A stretch of 64,000 bases of DNA, taken from contig NW_027192203.1 in assembly GCF_041956535.1 (NCBI RefSeq), forward strand, positions 555,406 through 619,405, read 5' to 3'. Positions 54,528 to 64,000 of this stretch are shown here, one piece after another. This DNA comes from Calcarisporiella thermophila CBS 279.70. Lineage: Eukaryota; Fungi; Calcarisporiellomycota. The translations under genes were made by a program, and so were the position numbers. Positions within the stretch are counted from its first letter, which is position 1. Each line of letters opens with the position of its first letter. Below the pieces are notes generated by a model. The model did not search any database. It had not been told where the DNA came from and saw nothing but the letters and a program-made list of their open reading frames with translations.

Positions 54528-56200
54528 ATGACATTGAGCGAGAGCGAGCAACGATCCAGTGAGGAGACAGCCACGACAGTCCCAAAGAAGCGCCCGGGAG
54601 AGAATCTCGGCGAAGATTCAGCCAATGATACAACCTCTTCCTCCTCTACCGTCAAGCGAAAGTCGGCCAAGAAACCAAAAGGAAAGAGGCTGCGCATAGA
54701 GGGAGACGGCGGAGAGCGAGAAGAGGACAAACACGTCGAATACTTTGAAGAAAATGGTAAGCATTTCAGCGAGCACTATCGACCGAGGCCCATATAATCA
54801 ACCCCTCTCTTCCTAATAACCAGGATTGCACAAGGTGAAGCCCTATTTCTTCGAGTACCGCGCCTACGCAAAAGGCCGGTGGATCGGCAAGCCATTGCTA
54901 AGAGTCTTTGTGGATGAATTCCGCGATCGTACGCAATCGTACTATGTTCGTACCTTTATACAGCGCTTCTCTCCCTACTCATTCGCTTACGATAGCTTTT
55001 GCGATGTGGCTTTTTTTTTGTAGGAATATGCTATTCGCAAAGGCCTTATCACCCTAAACAGCGAGATGGTTTCGCCGGAGACCCTGGTCCGCAACCAAGA
55101 TGTGGTGGGACATCGTATCCATCGTCACGAGCCTCCGGTCAGTGCCCAGCCGATTCGCGTCGTGGCCCGGGCAGACAACCTGGTAGTGATAGACAAGCCC
55201 GCGAGCGTACCCGTGCATCCAAGCGGAAGATACCGGTATAACACGGTCTTATACATTATGCAGTTGAAGATGGGTTTTGGAAAGCTGTACCGTAAGTACC
55301 CTACTGAGTTGTCTCCCCCTAGTTTGTATTGCGGCTGACGCGTCTTTCATGCGTGCGTTTAGCGGTCAACCGGCTCGATCGCCTGACATCAGGCTTGATG
55401 ATACTGGCCCTCACCCAGGAGAAGGCACGCGCAATGGAGCAGCAGATGCAGGAGCGGACCATCCGCAAGGAATACCTTTGCCGCGTACAGGGCCGATTTC
55501 CCAAGTAAATGTCTTGCATGCATATCCTTCTCTAACGCCCCAATATTCATCGGACCGTGTTGGCTTTTTTTTCTTGAACAGAGGCGACGTCGAGTGCTCT
55601 GAACCCATCCTCACCGTCTCGCACAAACTCGGGCTCAACACCGTGCACCCCGAAGGCAAACCGTGTAAAACCCTCTTCCGCCTCATTTCTTATTCCCCCG
55701 CCTCCAACACGTCCCTGGTCCACTGCAAACCCCTCACCGGCCGTACCCACCAAATTCGCGTGCACCTTCAGTTCTTGGGCCATCCGATCTGTGGGGACCC
55801 GCTGTATGGGAACAAAAAGGCCTGGGGCGATGAATTGGGAAAGGGAGGTTTGGGAGGGGACGAGAGCAAAACGAAGCATGTCATCGATCGGCTTTTGGAG
55901 GAGGGGGTGGCGGAAGAGGAGTGGGGCCGAGCGGTGGCCCGCGAAACAAAGGAGCAGGACAAAGGAGACAAGGAGGAGGAGGAGGAGAAGGAGGGAAGCG
56001 GGAACCAGGAGAAGACGGGAGAGAATATATTCTGTGACGAGTGCGCGGTGGCGCGGTTTAGGGACCCTCGTCCTGAAGAGCTGGCGCTGTTGTTGCATGC
56101 ATGGCGGTATGAGGGCGAGGGGTGGGCCTACGAGACGGAACGGCCAGCATGGGCTGAGGAGGGCTGGGAGGCTGGGGCAGTTAACCCATCAGAAGAATGA
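54528..56200 (+). CDS. RluA-family pseudouridine synthase (Rib2/Pus9/RPUSD2-like), 5 exons
   Basis: [68 protein letters not shown]. Confidence 0.93.
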
Positions 56201-56446
56201 ACCTTGGCGCCTTAGATGCAAGGGCAAACGAGGAGAATGTAATAATAAAACCTATTTTATTCCTTTCCAAACTACACAAAAACACATCTAAGGGGGGAAA
56301 TTAGCTGTATCAATTTAATATATTAACAAGTGAAGGAAAAAAAAAAGGTGAAAGAAGCAAAAGCAGAAAAAAAATAAAAAAAAATAAAAAAGCATCAAGA
56401 GAGCAGTTGAACAAAAAAAAATTGAGTGATTTTGCATATTTTTTTT

Positions 56447-59400
56447 TTAACGCACGAGCTTATTTATATAGGTCATGTAAGGTTCCTTGGCAAGGGTGCT
56501 GGCGGCGGTGGTGGTGCGGGTACTTCGCCGGAGATTTTGTTCATTTCGAAGCAGTGCGGCCAGTTCCTAAACAGGGTGACAAAGAATCAGCAAAAGAGCA
56601 GAGAAAGGCATGGATTCCATGCACTGGAGACAACATAAAAAAAAGTCGCCATACCATGTTCCGCTTCCGCATGGAATTCCCAATGACGTCCTTCATCTTC
56701 ACTAGCGCATTGCGTAGCCCAGGCTCTCGTTTGCCCTCATTGGCTCGCAGCCACTCGATGAGCGCGTCGATCTCTTCGGGCGTCTGGTAGTAGGACCAGC
56801 CGCCCTGCCCAATGGCCATGTCCTCCTCGTCGTATCCGGCTCGTCGCATTTGCTCCCGGACCGTGTCCAGCCCCTTCTCCGTCAACAGATCCACGTAGGC
56901 TCCAAAGGGAGGCTGGACATAGACGCGGGCGGTGGCCGCGGTGGGAGCGGACCCTATCCCATCCATGAAATAGTATCCGAAATAGTTGCGATCCCGCCCC
57001 AGAGGCTGCATCCGAATCACCGAGTGTCTCCTCACGTCGCGCTCCAACTGCTCCTCCCGCCGCTTCACGGCACGCTCCTCCTCCCGAAGCTCCTTTCGCT
57101 CCCGGATGAGCTGCTTGCGGCGGGAGTCGCGGGCCTTCTGCTCCTTGCGCTGACGTTCGCGCTCCTGCTGCCGACGGCGCTCCTCGGCCTCGCGCTCCTG
57201 CTGCTTGCGCTGGAGCGTCTTCATGAGCTGGCGCGGAGTAAGACGCGTGCGAAGCTGCTCCTCTTCGTCCTCGTCAGCCTCAGAGTTCCGAGGCGTATCC
57301 TCTTCGGCAGGCTCGTCGTCCTCATCCAGCATACCATTGGCAAAGCCGGCCTCGTCGCAGGTCTGCTCGAACTCTTTCCACAGAGCTTGACTATGGCGGA
57401 GACCAAGGTATCAGAAATGCCCTGAAAAGGATGAGCCTGAATCAATCCTACTCACATTCTCTTTTTTTCGCGTGGAATCTCCTCCCTCAACTCTCTATTC
57501 AGGGTGGTCAAATACTCGTTGCACTCCTCCATGTAGCCCCTAGAATAGCATTGTATAAGCAACAAAGTTAGAGCCCATACTCCCCTGCCCCATCGCAGCT
57601 GCAACTGGGCCTCTTCTGCACTTTTCCGAACACTTACTTGATTATTGTGGTTCCGTTGACCACTCCAATCAGAAACTCCAAAATCTCCAATTTCCACGTC
57701 AGCTGCAGAGAGGGGAAGCGGGCCTCGACATCCTCGGGCGAGGTGCCGTCCTCAAGAAGATGCGAGAGGATCGCATCCAGATGGGGGAACGTGTCCCGAT
57801 TGGCTAGCCTGGTCAAACAGCCAACTAGCACTGCTTCCCACCCCTTTCGCCCCGCCGGAAGTGTCTGTTTATCCCAAGCGCGCCCAACGCGGGCCACATC
57901 CTCCGCACTCACCTCCTCCATCCTCTCAGCACTATCGTTCGCATTAAAGACGCCAGACAGAGCCGGGGTTCCGCCGCGGCTCCGGATCTCCACCGGAACG
58001 TCCACACCGCCCCTCTCTCCTGCTCCCCCTCCCGTGCTGCTGACTTCTGTGTCCACGGTGCTCTCTCGCTCCCGTTCCCGCTCTATAAAATGATTGAGCG
58101 CCATGGAACTCACCGATCGGCCTTGCAGACGCTCTTTAATTATGGCATTAAGGAGAACAGCATAGCATTCTGCCTGTAGCGCACACTTTGGATGGTGTGT
58201 GTTGTGGCGAAGTGCACATTCAAAATCGTCAATGGAGAAGGGAGAGAGGTGGAGCGGTTTTCTGGAACGCAATAAAAAGGGTGAGTGTCGCCAATTATCC
58301 TAAAGGGCAGAAATCCGATGCGAGCTTACCCAAAGGTCATCAGGAAGCTCCAAACAATCAGCATGGGCTCAAAAAGTTCTTGTGGAATCGCAAAATCCCG
58401 AGCTGGCCTAGGCCTCATCACTCCGCCACCACTCGGCAGATCAAGATCATCAATATTTCGCTTGTCCACTGGGAAACACACACATGTCAAGCGACGGGAA
58501 CAAAAACAGAATTTGCATTTTGAATGGAAGCAATACCTTTTTCTTTCGGCTTCGCCTTTACCACCGGTTTCTCCACACTGGCCTCCTCCTTTTCCTCCTT
58601 CTCCTTCTCGATCTCCTCGTCCGTCTTTCTTCGGCGTTTTCTTTGTTTGATGATTGCCTTTTCTCTTGTCTTTGCTTGCTCGGCCGTAAGTGAGTTGTCA
58701 ATGTTGTATTTTTTGGCAACTGAGGGCTAGAAAATGCAGGTTGGGGGGGAGGGGGGCGGTGCCCAGCATGAGACGCACGTACGGTGTTATTCGTGGTAAC
58801 TTTGATGCACTCACCTTAAGAACCCATGGGGCATTTACATAGGACTCCCTGGAGGCAGAGGCTCGGATAAAATTTCGTAGCAGATTCTTAGAGAACACTA
58901 GTCTGTCCCGGCTAGGGGGTGAAATAAAAATCACAAAAAGGGGTTTCAATTGGGCAAGAATAAATATCCAAAACAAACTAGCGCTGATATCAACCTTAGA
59001 ACATCTGTGGCCACGATTCTCTCATACTCTGGGAGGGTTTCCCCTTTGCTCCCCGTCAACTGGACCCGATACTGAGTCCCAGGTGGGGTGTGTGCGCCTC
59101 CGTTCGCATGCTTGGCACTGATCCCATTCGTAGTGGGTTTCAGGACCTCGATGATTTTTCCAGTATATCTGCATCAGAAGGATGAGCGAGAGGGTGAATA
59201 AAAATGGTTGTGAAAAAAAGGCCAAGCAACCTACGCTGTGCTATCCCACATGATATTCACCGCCTCACCCTTTACATAGCGATCCTTGAAGGCATTGAAC
59301 AATTCTTCGGAAAGTGAGTCCACGCCACTCGTGCCTACAGTAGAGAAGTGGGGGTCGGTATAATGGGCAGCAAGCATTAAAATGAAGAGGACTCACTTCC

Positions 59401-59815
59401 TTGCACCCGCTCCAGTATTTCTCGCTTCAGACCCTCCGCCAGTTTACTCTCCATGGCAACTGCTTCGCGTCGTTCTGAAGCAAGAGCATCTTGATAAGTG
59501 AGATTAATACGTCCAGTGGTCTCGCATTGCCAGATCGGTTGTTTGTAAAGCTTTTGCCGCTCAAAGAAATCCCTAAAACAAGAAGGGCAACAGCAGAGAT
59601 AAGAGGGTGTATGTAAACAATAGCACCCCGTCGATGGAGCAGGCTCCGGTTCACTGAATCCTTCGCCAGAACATCAATTCCTCCACTACTTACTCGTAAT
59701 TCAGAAAGATCTCATTGGTAAATGGGATAACATAAACGGGCGTGTTTGGGTCGCCCACGTCCTCTATGCGCGGCGGCTCCACGAGCGGCACCCGCTTGCG
59801 TTTGAGGAGAGGCAT
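56447..59815 (-). CDS. ITC1: ISWI accessory subunit Itc1/ACF1-like (WAC, DDT, WHIM domains), multi-exon
   Basis: MPLLKRK..IPFTNEIF..WQCETTGR..LTYQDAL (WAC); RDRLVFSK; LIVWSFLMTFG|KPLHLSPFSIDDFE (DDT); KLEILEFL; PLGRDR; WLRANEGKRE. Confidence 0.9.
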
Positions 59816-59851
59816 CGTTGGCTGAACGATCCGTCAATCAGTTGGTCGAAC

Positions 59852-60587
59852 ACGCGTAAAGGAAGAGCGGCGAGGAGATTGAATGGATAATGGTGAGTAC
59901 TGGGTGCGATGCAAAGGTTTGGATGGGTTGGGGCCCGAATGGGATAAGAAAATCCAAGGATCGCGCAAGTAGGATCTATGAAATAACCAAGTGACAATAC
60001 GAAACTAGGGGATAAAAGCAACAAGAGACAGAAAAATAAAAGCTACGGAGTGTTTTTCGCCTCCTCAATCACCGAGATTAGAACAAGCAGAACCAAAAAG
60101 AAAAGGGTCCACTCTACCCAGCAGCAGGTGGATTGGGTCCGAGCAAGAGAGGGAGAAGATGGAAGGGCCCGAACAACGAGGGATAGGTCTATTTTATTGC
60201 GCGACGAGAAAAGGACCGCTCAGCATAAAGAGCTTATATTACGAAAATGACCATTCAGCCTCGATTTTCTGCCAGCTAAATTGGCGGTATTTTCGAGTTG
60301 GAAACCTTTTTTTCGCGTTTTATTCATATTTGTGTCCATCTACAGCAATACTTCAGAAAACACAGGTTGCCGCGTATAAATAAGTTAAGCTTTATGTTCT
60401 GCTACTTTTCCACACAGATAAAATATTAAGTATTGGCCGTATTAAACGCGAAAGAAGTCGTGAGCAACGAACTAGGAAAGAAAAACTAAGACAATCATTA
60501 AACATGCTGGGCCATGGACATTGCCGCGCACCGGTATTATGGGTTGGAAAGAAGACGAGGAGTAGCAAGAGGGGGAACAAACGCGAA
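59852..60587 (-). promoter_or_regulatory. MCB/SCB-like CGCG sites upstream of ITC1
   Basis: ACGCGT 59852, TTTCGCGT 60311, CGCGT 60371, ACGCGAAA 60446, ACGCGAA 60581. Confidence 0.45.
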
Positions 60588-60696
60588 GAAAATGCAGATG
60601 CATTTTGTGATATATTATAACATTGAATAGAGAATATACGGACACGTCAAATAAGGAAAGTGATAGGGTGAAGGCGAATTGTAAATATCAATAAAA

Positions 60697-61479
60697 TTAA
60701 TGTGCAATCTTGATGATAACACCCAGAAGAACCTCGATGATGCTCTGCACGAGTACGAGGATCTTCGGCTTCAGCTCTACGTCGCTCACCACCTTACCCT
60801 CAGCCAGCTTTACAGTGCGAGCCACAATGGCGTCCACCCTAAGCTTCACAATATCTTCAATCACGGTGACCTCCTTTTGCACGGTGAGGACCTCGATAAT
60901 CAGCAGGCCAACCTCCCGGCCGAGCTGTGAGAGAATGCCATTGACACCATTGAAGATGATGCCGAGTGGAGTGTGGAGCTCCTTGACCACTTGCAACCCA
61001 ACCAGCTGACCGACGCGGAACAAGACAGCCTTGCTGACGACACCGTTTGCATTGTCAATGACTCGCTCAGCAATACCAAGGGCTTCGTTTTTGAGGGGGG
61101 AGTGGTCGCCAAGTCGCAGAGTGCCCCCGAGGCTACGAACGAGTTCACCCGCAAGACCGTCGAGCAAATTGGCGGGGAGAGCAAGGAGATCTCCGTCCCC
61201 CAGCTTGAGGCGGCCAAGGCCGAGTCCGGGTTTCTTCTGCTCGACAACTTCTTTAACCTCCTTAACCTTCTTAACCTCCTTAACCTTCTTAATCTCCCTA
61301 ATTTTCTTCAATTTCAAGTTTTTCCCCTTGCCTTTGCCGCGTAATTTGGGGCTAGCTTCTACTTTGGTGCTGGCTTGCGAGCTCTGCTGCGAGACAGCGA
61401 CGGAGTTCGAGGAATGTGCCTGAGCGCTCAAAGCTAAGCAGGCAATGAGTGCGGCAGCGAGGGCAAAGTATTTGACCAT
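60697..61479 (-). CDS. Orphan secreted protein (260 aa), K/E/V repeat followed by a V/L/I/G-rich helical domain, intronless
   Basis: Signal peptide MVKYFALAAALIACLALSAQA; good start context ACCATGG; codon usage typical of an expressed gene. Confidence 0.85.
   Translation of the reverse strand: MVKYFALAAALIACLALSAQAHSSNSVAVSQQSSQASTKVEASPKLRGKGKGKNLKLKKIREIKKVKEVKKVKEVKEVVEQKKPGLGLGRLKLGDGDLLALPANLLDGLAGELVRSLGGTLRLGDHSPLKNEALGIAERVIDNANGVVSKAVLFRVGQLVGLQVVKELHTPLGIIFNGVNGILSQLGREVGLLIIEVLTVQKEVTVIEDIVKLRVDAIVARTVKLAEGKVVSDVELKPKILVLVQSIIEVLLGVIIKIAH
61252..61305 (-). repeat. 9-bp tandem repeat (about 6 copies) encoding (K/E)VK-type tripeptides
   Basis: Plus-strand units tttaacctc cttaacctt cttaacctc cttaacctt cttaatctc cctaatttt. 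Confidence 0.85.
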
Positions 61480-62774
61480 GGTAGTTGGAGGTGGAGGCTT
61501 CAAAGATATTAGGAAATGAGACTATATTAATGGAATGGGATTAAATAGCGAAGGCGCTATGTAAGCTATTAGGGTATATCCGACTAAGATTGAGGGGAGG
61601 GGGAGAAAGGAGAGTGAAGGATAAATCCTTTGGAGAGAAGGACAAGGGGAACTGAGGGGGAAGGGAAAGATTAGAGAGTAAAGGAGAGGTAGTTGTGTTG
61701 GACAGGTGGGGTAGGGCGGACGGTTCCAGCGGCCTTCCCTTTTTATCTCATCTCTTGAGACATCCCATGGAAGTCCGAAGCGAAGCCCCATGGAAGATAG
61801 AAGACGCTATTGTTTTCATAATTTGCGATTATAGCTTTTTTCGGAGGTGGCTTAATTAGGCTGGGGATTTGAAAAAACAACAAAGACAAGCCATATGGAC
61901 TCCAAATTGCGATGAGCGGTTAGATTAAGCTTTCTGTGATCGAAGCACGGGCATATTGAAGCTAATGACAAGCCCATGCGACTCCTTCATTAAATAAAGC
62001 TAATGAAGCGAAGATCCCCCAGCGTCATCCTGCATACGTGACATGGAGCTTGGCCAAAAAATGGAGACAATCACCAATATATTGCTAAAGCTAAACCAAG
62101 CAAATGAAGGGAAGCGGCGTGGGGTGGCATTGTCCATGAGAGGCTGGCGCCCTCCTAAAGTCACCCTATTCCCTAACCTGTTTCTTAGCCATAAGTTAGG
62201 GATCCCGGAACCAAGAGGGATGGGGAGTCGAGCCCATTTTTTAAAACTGGCTGGGCTTATTTTTGCAATCCCTCTACTTCGACCTACGCAGAGGAAGGCT
62301 TTACACTCGGCAGTTATTAAGACGGTTCCACCTTGCTCGAGGCTTTTCATCTCGATAGGAGCTTCCTTAAACGTGCCTTTGCGCAATGCTCTCAGGAGAG
62401 AATTTCAGAATTGTGTTTTTCTTGAGAAAATCACTCGGTGGAACGTGCATGCATGTAGCCAGTTCGCGTGAAGATTTCGCAATGCTTGCGGAAAAGCCCT
62501 GCTTGCCTTGCTTGTGCTGATAAATTTCAAAAGAAGCATCCGCTTCAACAGCACCATGAACACTAACATAAGAAGGGGAGGATCCAGGTTCGGTGGATAT
62601 CCACGGTTGAGAAATCCTATATTTGCTCAATTTCAGGCTCCGACAATGCTAATTAAGTCTACGTTAATTCAATTTCATCCATCAAACCTATCACGCTGCT
62701 GAACCTCTGGTTGATTTCTCCACTGCTCAGCATTCTTCCTGACCGTCAGCAGGATTTCTCGCCAACCATTGACA

Positions 62775-63631
62775 ATGACCAAACGCTCTATTTGTGTTTT
62801 TTGTGCTTCGACGAATGGGTCTCGCCCGGAATACGCGGACGCTGCTAGGGGTAGGAGCCATTTCTAATACATAATTTGGAAATATCGATCCATTCCATTG
62901 ATGCATTTTGCTTGATTCAGAGCTTGCCACAGAATTCCTGAAGCATGACATAGGCCTGGTTTACGGTAGCTTATTGAATTCTGCCTCTGCTTCTCTTTCC
63001 CATGAATTTCTCATGGAGCTTGTTTGCTGATTAAGTCTCTTGATGCCACTAGGAGGAGGAACAAAGGGTCTTATGGGAATTATTGCTCAAACGATCCACG
63101 AGGGTGGTGGAGAAGTCCTTGGCGTCAATCCAGCGCCGTTAAAGAATGGTAGCACTTCAACTTATGGCGATGAAATCATTGTTAAGGACATGCATGAGCG
63201 CAAACGCACCATGTGCGACAGGAGTGATGGCTTCATTGCCATTCCAGGGGGATTTGGAACCATGGAAGAATTGCTCGAGATCATCACATGGAGCCAGCTT
63301 TCGATCCATAGCAAGCCGGTCTTGATTCTGAACGTGTGCGGATTCTTTGATCCATTTCTTCAGTGGCTAGATCTTGCAGTGCAGGGTAAGTAACTTTGTG
63401 ATGTTCGTGGTTTAGCCACTCGCCCTCTCCCAACTCTTTTCTGACCCGACTCCCTTTCATTTCCTTTGCGGAATTCGTTTGTCTTTAGAGGGCTTCATTA
63501 TACCCAGCAATCGCAACATCGTCATTGCCTGTAACTCTGTGGAGGAGATCATTCGCCTACTAGACGAATACGAGCCACCCAATACGAGATATGATCTGAA
63601 GTGGGATATGCCCCCTTCCCAGCTTATTTAA
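62775..63631 (+). CDS. LOG: LOG-family nucleotide phosphoribohydrolase (cytokinin-activating type), 4 exons
   Basis: SICVFCAS, LVY|GGG..GLMG, DMHERK, PGGFGTMEEL, TWSQLSIHSKP. Confidence 0.93.
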
Positions 63632-64000
63632 ACGGAAGATTAGACATAGACTTTAGACTTGGACGGAACCTTAGATGATAAATAAAGTTTTATCCTTTTA
63701 TTCCCCCTTGTGTTGCCAGCAAAAGAGGCGAGAAACAAAAAAGAAGTTATATACGATCAACGGGTACAAGAAACAAAAAGGAAAGCCCGAAAGTATATAT
63801 ATATAAATGTAAATAGAGATAGAGAAATCTGGTTAAAGAAGACAAAAAAAAAAAAGCGGGAAAGAATAGATTAAAGTGTCCCAATTGGAGAAAGATTAAC
63901 TCGAAAACCCAGCAGAGCATTAGGCAGGGGGGAGAGGAGGGGGGGGGGAAGAGCGCCTCCTTTAATGATAATTATTTTGTCTCATCTGTCGATACCTCTC

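Noticed and set aside
63611-63631. SQL near the LOG C-terminus as a PTS1
   Set aside because: Followed by Tyr before the stop, so it is not terminal

Overview
Gene-dense, intron-rich eukaryotic DNA from a fungus, most likely an early-diverging lineage such as Mucoromycota. This is an inference from three observations: short 50-90 nt GT-AG introns, PacC/Whi3/Itc1-type fungal genes, and the co-occurrence of CARM1-, PRKX- and GDP-mannose dehydratase-type genes. About 30 protein-coding genes were reconstructed by manual splicing, mostly housekeeping: dUTPase, alkaline phosphatase, uL23, uL15, TMEM16, PPCS/Cab2, condensin Ycs4, histone H4, cyclin, Qcr2, Fyv6, a PRKX-like kinase, a UBX protein, PacC, CARM1, an M6PR-like receptor, LITAF, Dss1, fatty alcohol oxidase, GMD, Whi3/Scw1, an MFS transporter, RluA, Itc1 and LOG. 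I could not support any tRNA, rRNA, transposon or CRISPR array. The most notable observations are: a canonical peroxisomal PTS1 (-RSKL) on the CoA-biosynthesis enzyme PPCS; a shared GATGGATGGATGA/ATACTYGTGT element in the first introns of both ribosomal-protein genes; an orphan secreted, sulfur-free amphipathic protein; a PRKX-like kinase whose stop codon falls on the conserved FxxY tyrosine; a stop-free GC-AG intron in the cyclin; and several promoter motif clusters and candidate structured RNAs. Exon boundaries were read by eye and may be off by a few bases.
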